Shown: in pieces, positions 10,517 through 20,876 of the stretch | Layout of the letters: every line of letters begins with the position of its first letter | How positions within the stretch are numbered: position 1 is the stretch's first letter | NCBI GenBank assembly: GCA_963755715.1 | Contig: CAVWLW010000059.1 | Coordinates: 192,001 to 256,000 of the forward strand | Source: an uncultured delta proteobacterium | Lineage (GTDB): Bacteria > Desulfobacterota > Binatia > UBA9968 | Reading direction: 5' to 3' | Length of the DNA: 64,000 nucleotides | Position numbers and translations under genes: made by a program | The notes under the pieces: generated by a model | The model's database searches: none | Told to the model about the DNA's origin: nothing | The model's input: the letters and a program-made list of their open reading frames with translations, nothing else

Positions 10517-10618
10517 GATGGTCTCCTTTCTCATCGCGTTTGGATTGCGTCACAAAGTACGTGAAATACATCGGCTCCGTCAACGACTGCATTTCGATGC
10601 CATCACGATGAAAACACG

Positions 10619-10646
10619 TTGACAATGGAACGGGTTTACCTATATT
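10619..10646 (+). promoter_or_regulatory. putative sigma70 promoter
   Basis: TTGACA-16 nt-TATATT upstream of GGAGG RBS of CDS 10671. Confidence 0.5.
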
Positions 10647-10670
10647 GACCCGATTCGGGAGGAGCCTGGT

Positions 10671-11690
10671 ATGCGCTTTCGCTGGGTTTGGATTTTTACC
10701 GCTATCATCGTCTTGATTGCCGACTCGTCGCGCGCCGACGATTTTTACAAAGGGAAAACGATCCGCGTCATCGTCGGCGGCAGCGCCGGCGGCGGCTTCG
10801 ATATTTACACGCGCGCCATGGCGCGCCACATGGGAAAGCATATTCCCGGCAATCCCACCATGATTGTTGAAAACATGACCGGCGCGGGCACGTTGATCGC
10901 CGCCAAATATCTGCACAGTAGCGCCAAGCCGGACGGCCTTTCGTTCGGCATCTTCAACGGCGCGTTGATCCTGAGCGGCGCGCTCGGCAACAAGAGCATC
11001 GACTTCGACATGAGAGAATTGGAATTTCTCGGCGTGCCGGTACAGGACAGCACCGTGTGCGCCCTACGCAAGGAAAGCGGCGTTACTAATATGGATCAGT
11101 GGTTCGCGTCGAAGTCGCCGATCAAGCTCGGCGGCCTGAGTCCGGGCAATAGCACCAGCGACGTGGCGCGCATCATTGCCGCGGCTCTCAACCTGCCGAT
11201 CCAGCTCGTCGAAGGCTACAAAGGCACCAATGAAATTCGCCTCGCGGCGGACGCCGGCGAATTGCACGGCGCCTGCTGGGCTTGGGAGACGCTGAGAACC
11301 GCATGGAGCAAAGCGATCCCGGCCGGTGAGGTTAACGTCGTCCTGCAGGTTACCGCAAAAAAAATCCCGGAGCTGCCCAACGTGCCGATGTCGCTCGACC
11401 TGGCGAAATCCGATGAAGCGCGGCAACTTTTGAAAGCCGGCGCCATCGACCCGGCGGCCATCGTGCGCGTTTATGTAACGACGCCGCGCACACCCAAAGA
11501 TCGGCTGCAAATTCTGCGCGCCGCCTTCGCAACAACCTTGACCGACCCGGATTTCATCGCCGAATCCAAGAAAGCCAATCTGGACATCAATCCGCTCAAC
11601 GGCGAAGAAGTTAAAAAAATCGTCGACGACCTTTTCAAACTCACGCCGGCAATGAGAACCAAGCTCGCCGGCGTTTTGGCGCCGAAGTGA
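10671..11690 (+). CDS. TctC/Bug receptor protein
   Basis: FYKGKTIRVIVGGSAGGGFDIY, ENMTGAG, GYKG; divergent paralogue of 9479. Confidence 0.9.
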   Translation: MRFRWVWIFTAIIVLIADSSRADDFYKGKTIRVIVGGSAGGGFDIYTRAMARHMGKHIPGNPTMIVENMTGAGTLIAAKYLHSSAKPDGLSFGIFNGALILSGALGNKSIDFDMRELEFLGVPVQDSTVCALRKESGVTNMDQWFASKSPIKLGGLSPGNSTSDVARIIAAALNLPIQLVEGYKGTNEIRLAADAGELHGACWAWETLRTAWSKAIPAGEVNVVLQVTAKKIPELPNVPMSLDLAKSDEARQLLKAGAIDPAAIVRVYVTTPRTPKDRLQILRAAFATTLTDPDFIAESKKANLDINPLNGEEVKKIVDDLFKLTPAMRTKLAGVLAPK

Positions 11691-11733
11691 GTCTTAGCGT
11701 TTTCGTGAAGAAATGGAGATGACGCAGTGAAAA

Positions 11734-12744
11734 ATGCATTCTACCGGAGCACTGATTTTGATCGCATGGGGGATTGCTGCCATTGCAAATCCCGCGCTTC
11801 ACGCCGCTCAAGGAGCAGAGCTCAAGCCGGAAAAAAATAAGCTCGAAGTCGCTATCGCCGCCACCGGCCCGCTCTACCTGCCGATCATTCTGGCGAACGA
11901 GGCCGGCTATTTCAGCAAGCGCGGCGTCACCGTCAATCTCAGCACGTTGAGCGCCACGGCGTCCGCCCAGGCGCTCATCTCCGGGCAGATTGATATTTAT
12001 CAAGGCGGCACCGCGACGATTCATGCCAACGTGGCGGGCTCGGATCTGATTTACATCGCCGCCAGCGTCGATCGCAGCACTTTGATCTTGTTCGGTCAAA
12101 AAGGCTTGACGACTTTTGAAAATTTACGCGGCAAGTCGGTGGCAACGACTTCGGTAGGCGCCTTCGGCGAAATTGCCATGCGCAAAACCGCCAAAGAGCG
12201 CGGCATGGAAATCGGCAAAGACATCAAGCTTCTCTACCACAAAGGCCCGGCGGACGCGCTGTCGACTTTTTTGGTCGGCAACGCCGACGGTATGATCGTC
12301 ACGCCGCCGCAGACGGAAATGGCGCGCGGCAAAGGATTTCCGGTGATCATCGACTATTACGAAAAAGGACTCAAAATCATCGGACCCGGCACCGGCGTTG
12401 CGCGCGCTTTCGTGCAAAAGAATCCCAACACGCTTAAAATTTTTCTGATGGGCTATCTCGACGGCGTGAAGCGCTCGCTCGACGATCCGGCTTACGCGAA
12501 AACCGTTCTCGCCCAAAGCAGCAAAATCACCGACCAGAAACTTGTCGAAGATAGTTATCAGGAAGGCGTCAAGGTTTGGAACAAAGACATGACCGTCGAT
12601 CCCGAAGCGATCAAGCTCGTCCTCGAGCAGTCGACGGTCGCTAAAGCCGCTGAGCTCGACCCCAAACGATTTTTCGACAACTCACTGATCCGCGAGGTTA
12701 ACCGCGACTACGGCGCGAAATTGTTTCCCGGCCAAGTAAAGTAA
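11734..12744 (+). CDS. ABC substrate-binding protein, SsuA/NMT1-like
   Basis: Signal peptide, EAGYF.K.G, LRGKSVA, terminal FFDNSLI. Confidence 0.85.
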   Translation: MHSTGALILIAWGIAAIANPALHAAQGAELKPEKNKLEVAIAATGPLYLPIILANEAGYFSKRGVTVNLSTLSATASAQALISGQIDIYQGGTATIHANVAGSDLIYIAASVDRSTLILFGQKGLTTFENLRGKSVATTSVGAFGEIAMRKTAKERGMEIGKDIKLLYHKGPADALSTFLVGNADGMIVTPPQTEMARGKGFPVIIDYYEKGLKIIGPGTGVARAFVQKNPNTLKIFLMGYLDGVKRSLDDPAYAKTVLAQSSKITDQKLVEDSYQEGVKVWNKDMTVDPEAIKLVLEQSTVAKAAELDPKRFFDNSLIREVNRDYGAKLFPGQVK

Positions 12745-12760
12745 AGCGCTATGGCACTCA

Positions 12761-12845
12761 CGTCATGCCGGCGAAAGCCGGCATCCAGGTTCGTTTTCGC
12801 TTCGGATTCAAAAACACCTGGATTCCGGCCTGCGCCGGAATGACG
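12761..12845. repeat. dRS3-like palindromic repeat (CGTCAT...ATGACG)
   Basis: ATGCCG-N8-CGGCAT CCAGGT...ACCTGG ATTCCG-N8-CGGAAT between convergent genes; second copy at 15845-15931. Confidence 0.85.
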
Positions 12846-12886
12846 GAAAAGAGAATCGACTTTGCTTTAATTACTAGAAGCCCTTG

Positions 12887-14528
12887 TTAATTCAGCAGGC
12901 GTGTCCTGGTCGCTTTCTCGACATAATATTCGCCGACTCGCGTCGGCAGCAGACCTTGTTTGACCAACTGTGCGGCCGCGTCTTTAATGCAATTCTGATA
13001 CGCAGCAGAAGTCAGCTTTTGTCCCGGCTTGAGCAGTCCAAGTCTCTGCCACGCCTCGGTCACCGTTTCACGTTTGTCGCGTTTCCCATTACCGTTCATG
13101 TCGACCAGAACATTGCGCGCATCCAAAGGCTCCTGGTTGACGCCGTCAAACGCGGCAAAAGCCGTTTCCTGGCCGCCGCGCCTTCCCGGATCCACTTCCG
13201 GCGGGTAGGCGAAGTAGACGCCCAGGGGACAGGCGACTTCAGGCAAGGCGACGGCGCCGCGCCCATTCGCGCCATTGTTGTTTTTGTCCGCCGACTCCAC
13301 CGCGTCTATTTTACTCGCAGTCGGCGCAACATCTCTTTCTACCCACTCGTCGAGGCGGTCGATGAGCGAATCGAAAATTCCACCGAGGTCGAGGGTTTGG
13401 TTCACGAGATCGGGGCGGGAAACTTGACCGGCGTCGAAATGACTCACGCCGCGGATCTCATATAAACGGTGCTTCGCCGCCAAGCCTTTCTCTCCGAGCA
13501 GCCGCGCATTCTCACGCTTGTTTTGCAAATAATCACCCGTGTCGCCGGCGTAAAGCATGTGGGTAATATCGATTTGTTTGGCGAAATGCGCGCGCCCATC
13601 GGCAGTCGTGAATAACACATCCTTGCCGTCGACGATCAACTTCGGCAGCCAGAGTCCGCTGCCGGCGTCATCGATCAGAAAAGCATCGAAAAATGGCTTG
13701 CCGTCCGCATCCTGATTGGCGCCGGGCTGATAGTTGATTTGCCGTCCCAAAAATCCGCCAGCGGAGTGACCGTAAAAATAAATTCTTTTCGGCTGGGAAC
13801 CCAATCTTTTTGTGATCAACGACCGCGCCAGTTGTCCCCACGACGTGATCAAGCCGGCGTGAGAACTGAGATTGTAGTTGTTGAGCTTCGTGCCGTCTTC
13901 CAAAATGATCGTGACGTCGCCGCGCGTGCGGTCGGAGGAGCGCATGGTGTGCGCGACGGCGTAGCCCTTGTCGATCATCAACCCGACGTAGCGATTGACG
14001 TCGGCGAGAGGATTGAACTTGGCGTTGGGATCGCGCGGCACCAAGGCGCCGACGGCGCCGTAGGAACCCGCGCCATGCGCGCGTGATGAAAAGTTTGCCG
14101 TTCCAGTTGCGCGCGTCTTCCGGATAGAAAATCGTCAGCCCGTGTCCGGTCGATGCCTCGTACTTGCCGACACCGTGCGCCCGCGGGCCTGCGAGACCGG
14201 ACTGCGTCAAAACGAAATCGGGACCGTCGCTAAAATAGATCGCCCGGGAGCCCTTTTCGCGCGACGCCCAACCTTCGACTCCGCCGCTCAAGCGGATCTC
14301 GACCCGGCGAAATTTTTTGCCGTTAATATTGAAAACAGTCTCTTCTGAAATGATGAGACATTGCTCGACACCTACGGACTGCCCGAATACTTGTTTCAAT
14401 GGCTGGGCAAATTCATTGCACGAAACGCCGTCTTTCACTACCTTGGCGGACCTGCCGCGATCTTGGGCCGAGACGGGGGCGATGAAAGTCAACGTTGCGA
14501 TCAAGAAAAAAATTGTGCGCGCGAGCAT
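12887..14528 (-). CDS. secreted alpha/beta-hydrolase-fold protein; frameshift near 14085
   Basis: Signal peptide in ORF 13668-14528, YP...WNGKLF, GHSAGG nucleophile elbow, VSHFD, VACPLG in ORF 12887-14044. Confidence 0.65.
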
Positions 14529-14677
14529 AAATTTCCCTCCCGCCGCCGAAATTAGTCCGCCGGCATCAAGCTGTCAAACGACCGGCGCGGATTTGCTACG
14601 AGCCTCTGCAAACCCTTGAGCCGGATTGCCGGTTTCTGATACTGATAAGCGAAATTGAATCTTCGAGGAGTCCTACG

Positions 14678-15760
14678 ATGCGCATTATCGACGCCGATGG
14701 CCACGTGCTGGAAAGAGACATCCCCTGGGCGGATTTGATCGACGCTCCCTACCGTTCGCGCGCGCCGCGCCCGGTGCAGGACAACCGCGGCTTTACTTTC
14801 ATCATGATCGACGGAAAACTCACGCCAAAACCAGTCGGCAAAGGTTGCAGCTTCGTCGGCGCGCCGCGCAGTCATAATCCGCAGCCGACCACAGGCATGG
14901 TCGATCCCAAGCAGCGGCTCAAGGACATGGATTTGGAAGGCATCGACACCGCGGTGCTATTCGGCACGTCGCCGTTTCTGAGCCTGCCGTTCGTCGAAGA
15001 CAAAGACTTGGCCAGCGCCGTGGCGCGCGTCTACAACAACTGGCTGGCCGGCTATTGCAGCGCCGATCCGCGCCGGCTGAAAGGTGTGGCCGCGGTCGCG
15101 ATTCAGGACCCGACGGAAGCGGTCAAGGAGCTTCGCCGCGCGGTTGAAGAGCTCAAGTTCGTCGCCGTCGCCGCGCCGCCGATTTCGGCGTCGAAAAAAA
15201 ATCTCGACGATCCTGATCTCTTTCCTTTTTTTGCAGAGGCAGAGCGTCTCAACGTGCCCGTGTGCATTCACGTCGGCGCCGGCGACGGCGTGCCCGCGGC
15301 CACCGAGCGGTTCGATCATCCTTTTTTCACCCATGCCATGGCGCATCCTTTCGAGCAGATGATCGCTTCGTTATGCGTCGTCGCCGGCGGGCTGTTGGAG
15401 CGCTTTCCGCGCCTCAAGTTCGCCTTCATGGAAGCCGGCTGCGGCTGGGTGCCTTATTGGATGGAGCGGCTCGATGAGCACTATGAAATCCTTCAACCGA
15501 CCGTGCCGTGGCTAACCAAGCCGCCCAGCGAATACATGAAAAGCGGACAAATGTTCTACGCCTTCGAGATGGAAGAAAAGATGCTGCCCTACGTCGCCGA
15601 GTTCGTCGGCCCCGAGCGCTTAGTATTCGCCACCGACTACAATCACAGCGATTCGAAGTTTCCCCACACCGTCGAAGAAGTCATGGAGCGCAAAGATCTA
15701 TCCGACGCGTTAAAAGCCAAAATCATGGGCGAGAACGCGCAGAAGCTCTATAGTTTGTGA
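14678..15760 (+). CDS. amidohydrolase_2 family protein
   Basis: IIDADGH, D.EGID..VLF, CIH, EAG.GW.P, FATDY.H. Confidence 0.9.
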   Translation: MRIIDADGHVLERDIPWADLIDAPYRSRAPRPVQDNRGFTFIMIDGKLTPKPVGKGCSFVGAPRSHNPQPTTGMVDPKQRLKDMDLEGIDTAVLFGTSPFLSLPFVEDKDLASAVARVYNNWLAGYCSADPRRLKGVAAVAIQDPTEAVKELRRAVEELKFVAVAAPPISASKKNLDDPDLFPFFAEAERLNVPVCIHVGAGDGVPAATERFDHPFFTHAMAHPFEQMIASLCVVAGGLLERFPRLKFAFMEAGCGWVPYWMERLDEHYEILQPTVPWLTKPPSEYMKSGQMFYAFEMEEKMLPYVAEFVGPERLVFATDYNHSDSKFPHTVEEVMERKDLSDALKAKIMGENAQKLYSL

Positions 15761-15796
15761 TGAATCAATACTGGGATCTGGCGATCTGAAATCTTG

Positions 15797-15967
15797 CTAG
15801 TGTCCTGAAACCAAAATTCCGCCGAAGAAATCACAACCCCGTGCCGTCATGCCGGTGAAAACCGGCATCCAGACGTTTTTAATCCTGGATTCCGGGTCGC
15901 GCTAGCTATCGCCAGCTCGCCCGGAATGACGTTGAATTAGGCCGCAAACTCCGCTTCAGGAGACTAG
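15797..15967. mobile_element. MITE-like element with CTAG ends carrying a dRS3-like hairpin
   Basis: CTAGTGTCCTGAA...TTCAGGAGACTAG (12/13 inverted match) enclosing repeat 15845-15931. Confidence 0.65.
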
Positions 15968-16915
15968 CGAGTCGTTTCGTTGAACATTTGTCTGACGAAA
16001 GTGAAATCCGCCACATCAGTCGGTTTAACGGCAATTTTTGCCTTGCTTTGCTCGGCGATGCGGTTGAGTTCCACCTGCACTTCTTGATCGGTGAGCGAGA
16101 GTGTCGGATTGAGCGTGTCCATCAGCGCGTCATAAACCGAGTCCGCTACTTCACGCTCCATCTTGTATTGGCGAATGATGAACTGAATCATTTCCGCTCT
16201 GCGAGTCTTCGCGAATTCAACGGCGCGCATCACCGCGCGAATCGCGCGGCGAATTTTTTGCGGTTCGCGCTCGAGTTTGTCCTTCGTCGTCACAAGCGCC
16301 GTCGTCGGTGACACACCGATCACGTCGCCGGTATGAAGCAAATCCCGATAACCCTGGCGCTTGGCGAGAATGCTGTAGGGCGGCGTCAACGCCACGGCAG
16401 GCATGCTGCCCTGCTGCAACGACAAAAAGCCGTTAGCGACGTCGCCGGTGGAAACGAGCTGCACGTCTTTATCCATGCCGCTCGGCCTGAGCGCTTCGAG
16501 CACCTGATAGAACTGCGTGCCCCAATTGCCGCCCACGCCGATCATCTTGCCGCGCAGATCTTCGATGCGCTGAATATTTTTCTGCGCGACGATCCACAGG
16601 TCGGCCTTCTTGTTGACGTTGAGAATCATTTTGATCGGCGCGCCGTTCACCGCCGCGCGCATGGCCGAACCGCCCGCCGTGGTGAAATCGATGCTGCCCG
16701 TCACCAGCGCGGCGATGCCGGTGTTGGTGCGCATGACGATGATTTCGGGATTCAAACCCTCTCGCGCAAAGAATCCTTCTTTGGCGCCGAGATGCATCGG
16801 CCAAGCCGCCAAGCCCGGGGAAGACGGCGCGATGCGGACTTTCTCCTGCGCGCCGAGCCGAATGAACATAGAGAACAAATTGAATGAAGACTAATGGAGC
16901 GATTGTCCAGCGCAA
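15964..16915 (-). CDS. ABC substrate-binding protein, SsuA/NMT1-like (probable frameshift in signal peptide near 16850)
   Basis: KEGFFAREGL, DLRGKMIGV; signal-like MRWTIAPLVF in adjacent frame. Confidence 0.8.
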
Positions 16916-16978
16916 GAGAATCGAAGCGCGTCTGGCTGCGCCGCGCGCGCCTACGCGTCGGAGATAAACCCGAAACCA

Positions 16979-17989
16979 CTATAACCCATACAGCGCCTTG
17001 GCGTTGTCGTAGAGAATCTTGTCGATGATTCTTGGCTCGACCTCGCCTTTGGTTTTGATCGTGCGCAGCGCTTCGATTTCGGACGAAGTGTCGTTATGGC
17101 CGTAGTCGGAGCCGATCACGATGTTATCTTCGCCGGCATACTTCAGCACATAGGGAAGGTCGTCGTCCGTCTGGCAAGCGACATAGACATGGTTATCGCG
17201 GATCAGATTACGCGCCGCGGCATTGTCCGCCCGGTCCAAGCGGCGCGCGATCTCGACGGCGAGATACGGCACCCACTGAGCGCGCACCTCGATGAAGCCG
17301 AACCTGAGCATAGGAAATTTTTTGGGCACACCGTCGTGCACGAGCGCGTGAAACGCCGACAACACCGGCGCCTTGAAGCGCATGAAACCACTTTCGCCGT
17401 CAAAGAGCTGCACCCAGTTGAAGTTGCCGGTGGACGCATGGACGCAAATGGGCAGACCGGCTTTTTCCGCCCTTTCGTAAAGAGGAAAAAAATAGGCATG
17501 GCTGAGCCGCTTGTCGTCGATCAAGCCGCGCATGAAGACGCCGCAGGCGCCGTTGGCTTTGGCGAACTCGACTTCGGCGACCATGCTCGCCGCATCGATC
17601 ACCGGCACCACGGCAATCCACTTAAGCCGGCCTTCGCCCCGGGCACAGACATCGATCAACCACTGGTTGTAACTGCGGCAGATCGCGTTCTCGACTTCGG
17701 CTCTTGCCGTCAGCGGCCGCAGAAACAGCGACGGATACAACACCTGGACGTCGATATCGAGCTGGTCCATGTGCTTTAGCCGACTTTTGATATCGCGCAT
17801 CTCGCAGATATCAACCGGTAAGTTACGGTCAAAATTCACACCGCGGTTAAAAACCCGGCCGTCGATCAACCAGTTTTGCGGCCGCCCCGCGCCGGGCGAG
17901 ATGAGAAACGGTCTGAGCTTCTCGTTGGGAATATAGCGCCAGGTCTCGTCACTCTCGATAACGTGGGCATCGGCATCGATGGTCGGCAT
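16979..17989 (-). CDS. amidohydrolase_2 family protein
   Basis: IDADAHV, DVQVLYP, CVH, GSDYGH. Confidence 0.9.
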   Translation of the reverse strand: MPTIDADAHVIESDETWRYIPNEKLRPFLISPGAGRPQNWLIDGRVFNRGVNFDRNLPVDICEMRDIKSRLKHMDQLDIDVQVLYPSLFLRPLTARAEVENAICRSYNQWLIDVCARGEGRLKWIAVVPVIDAASMVAEVEFAKANGACGVFMRGLIDDKRLSHAYFFPLYERAEKAGLPICVHASTGNFNWVQLFDGESGFMRFKAPVLSAFHALVHDGVPKKFPMLRFGFIEVRAQWVPYLAVEIARRLDRADNAAARNLIRDNHVYVACQTDDDLPYVLKYAGEDNIVIGSDYGHNDTSSEIEALRTIKTKGEVEPRIIDKILYDNAKALYGL

Positions 17990-18249
17990 GATTGTCCTCC
18001 ACTACGCGCCCCCGGAGCGGGCGAATTTCTGCCGCAAAGTAACTCCATTCAAGATCGACCGTCAAATAGAATAATGAGAAATAAACGCCCGGATGAAATC
18101 TAAACTAATTTTTTAAAATTCAGCTTAACAGCCCTGGAAATGCAAACGATTTATAAACTGATATAAGGAATCGTGAATTCTGGACGGCGCTTTTGCGTCT
18201 AAGCGCTCGGACAAAGGACGCTTTGTTCACTTGGAAAAGGAGATGGCAG

Positions 18250-18846
18250 ATGAAAACGGCATTGCGGCTACTCGGTGTACTGTCCTTGGCAACCCTGAAT
18301 TTCGTCGGCTGTCATGAGCTGGGCCACGTGGACGGGCTGGGCGACTATGGCGGCTTTGGCAGCAGCGACGTGGTCGGTGAAGTGGATTACGTCGATACGC
18401 GGGCGCGCGAAATTGAGATCCGCACGGACTCCGGGCGCATGTCGGTCGTCCGCTACGACGATAAAACTCAAGTCGTTTACCGTCAGCGCAATTATTCCGT
18501 CGCCAATTTGGAACGCGGGGATTACATCGCAGCGCAAACTCAACAAGACCGCGACGGGAGAATCTATACCGATAGCATTACGGTCAGAGAAAGTGTGCAA
18601 GACCGGGGCGACAAACGCGGCGGCAACCGACTGGATCGTACCGAAGGGCGGGTCGAATACGTCGATCAACGGCGCGGAACGTTCGAGCTTCGCGACCAGC
18701 GCAATCGCTTGATCATTGTTTCGGTCGCTTTCAACTCGCCGCGCCCGGTGATCGATCAGTTTAATCGGCTACGCAATGGCGATTACGTCCGCATCGAAGG
18801 ACGCTCCGTAAGCTCGGAACGCTTCGATTTGGAAAATTTCATGTGA
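18250..18846 (+). CDS. lipoprotein with two internal beta-rich (OB/DUF5666-like) repeats
   Basis: AGGAG RBS, lipobox FVGC, repeated 'G.V.YVD.R' ... 'L..GDY' units. Confidence 0.7.
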   Translation: MKTALRLLGVLSLATLNFVGCHELGHVDGLGDYGGFGSSDVVGEVDYVDTRAREIEIRTDSGRMSVVRYDDKTQVVYRQRNYSVANLERGDYIAAQTQQDRDGRIYTDSITVRESVQDRGDKRGGNRLDRTEGRVEYVDQRRGTFELRDQRNRLIIVSVAFNSPRPVIDQFNRLRNGDYVRIEGRSVSSERFDLENFM

Positions 18847-18872
18847 GTGGAGCGATTTGCGGTTAAAGAAGT

Positions 18873-18959
18873 TTCGGAATGCTTCGACAAGCTCAGCACG
18901 AACGGAAACACTGCGATCGTGCAATCCGTTCGTCCTGAGCTTAGTCGAAGGACTCCGAA
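18873..18959. repeat. CTTCGAC..GCTCAG-family palindromic repeat
   Basis: CTTCGACAAGCTCAGCACGAACGG...CCGTTCGTCCTGAGCTTAGTCGAAG between convergent genes; second copy at 28552-28638. Confidence 0.8.
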
Positions 18960-18976
18960 TGTTTTTAGAAGATTAG

Positions 18977-20600
18977 CTAATGTAAAATCTGCTTGAAAAA
19001 ATCGTTACCCTTATCATCGACGAGTATAAACGCGGGAAAATCTTCCACCTCGATCTTCCAGATCGCTTCCATGCCGAGCTCGGGATATTCGAGCACTTCG
19101 ACTTTCTTGATATTTTCTTTAGCCAGGATCGCCGCTGGGCCGCCGATCGAGCCGAGATAGAAGCCGCCGTATTTTTTGCAAGCGTCGGTGACCTGCTGGC
19201 TCCGATTGCCTTTGGCGAGCGTGATCATCGCCCCGCCATGCGACTGAAACAAATCCACGTAGGAGTCCATCCGTCCCGCCGTCGTCGGCCCGAAAGAACC
19301 CGACGGCATACCTTCGGGAGTTTTCGCCGGCCCGGCATAATAAACCGGATGATCTTTCATGTACTGCGGCATCCCCTCGCCCCGATCCAATCTTTCTTTC
19401 AATTTCGCGTGCGCGATATCGCGCGCGACGATCATCGTACCGGTCAATGAAAGCTGGGTCGTCACAGGATACTTCGTCAGCTGCGCCAAGATCTCCGCCA
19501 TCGGCCGATTGAGATCGACTTTGACGACGTTGCTGGCAACCTTGCCGCGATACTCCTCGGGAATCAGCCGCCCCGGATCTCGTTCCAGCTCTTCGAGCCA
19601 AATCCCATCTTTGTTGATCTTCGCTTTGGCGTTGCGATCGGCAGAACATGATACGCCCATGCCGACCGGACAGGAAGCGCCGTGGCGCGGCAGGCGAATA
19701 ATGCGCACGTCCAGCGCAAAATATTTACCGCCGAACTGCGCGCCGTAGCCGGACTTGTAAGCTTGCTCCAGCATCTTATTTTCTGTCTCCACATCACGGA
19801 AAGCCCGCCCGTGCGCATTGCCCGTGGTCGGAAGGTGATCGAGATAGCCGGTCGTTGCAAGCTTCACCGTCTTCAAACAAGCTTCGGCCGAAGTTCCGCC
19901 GATGACAAACGCCAAATGATACGGCGGGCAGCCGGCGGTTCCGAGCGTCATTCATCTTTTCCGTGAGGAATTTCTCCAAGCTCGCCGGATTGAGCAGCGC
20001 TTTGGTCTCTTGATACAGCGTCGTCTTGTTCGCCGAGCCGCCGCCCTTGGTGACAAAGAGGAATTGATATTCCATGCCCTCCGTCGCCATGAGATCGATC
20101 TGCGCCGGCAGATTGGTGCCGGTATCGACTTCGTCGAACATGTTGAGCGGCGCCGTTTGCGAATAGCGCAGGTTTTCTTCTGTGTAAGTTTTGTAAACTC
20201 CCTTGGCAAGGTGTTCTTCGTCTTTCACGCCGGTCCACACCTGCTGGCCCTTTTTGCCGAAGATCGTCGCCGTGCCCGTGTCCTGGCAAAACGGCAGGAT
20301 GCCTTTCGCCGCCGTGTCGGCGTTGCGCAGCATCGCTAAGGCGACGTAGCGGTCGTTATCCGAAGCCTTGGGGTCTTTGAGGATGGCCGCGACTTTTTCC
20401 AAATGAGCCGTGCGCAGCAGGAACGACACGTCGCGTACCGCGACACTCGCCAGCAGCGTCAGCGCCTCGGGCGCGATCTTGAGAATCTCTTTCCCTTCGA
20501 ACTCGGACACGCTGACATAATCTTTGCTCAGGAGCCGGTACTTCGTGGTGTCTTTCTCAACCGGTAACGGATCTTGATAAACGAACGCTGGAGCTGCCAT
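18977..20600 (-). CDS. fumA: class I fumarate hydratase; frameshift near 19952
   Basis: [37 protein letters not shown] motifs across two ORFs. Confidence 0.93.
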
Positions 20601-20681
20601 GGGTTAAAACCTCGCACTTTTTCGTATTAATCCTAGATGGAAAATTTCGGCTTTGTCGACGCGCTGAAGTCTTCCGGCGGT

Positions 20682-20820
20682 TGGGTAATGGTTCAGTTAG
20701 AGTTTGTTGCGAATCGTACCGCGAAGAAAGATTCCTCGCTTCCGCTCGGAATGACAACTAAATAAGCATTTGTCATCTCGAACGAAGTGAGAGATCTTTC
20801 CCGAACTGAACAACCACCCA
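20682..20820. mobile_element. MITE-like element with GGGTAATGGTTCAGTT ends enclosing a TGTCAT-family pair
   Basis: TGGGTAATGGTTCAGTT / AACTGAACAACCACCCA 14/17 inverted match; inner palindrome 20726-20800. Confidence 0.55.
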
Positions 20821-20876
20821 GTCTACGCCGGTTACACGGTGCACGCCTGTCGATTACTTTCGCGGGCGGAGAATGA

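Noticed and set aside
15772-15796. GATCTG short repeats
   Set aside because: Only two to three degenerate units
18181-18197. Sigma54 promoter TGGACG...TTGC
   Set aside because: GG-GC spacing is 11 rather than 10 nt; valid only if a homopolymer error is present
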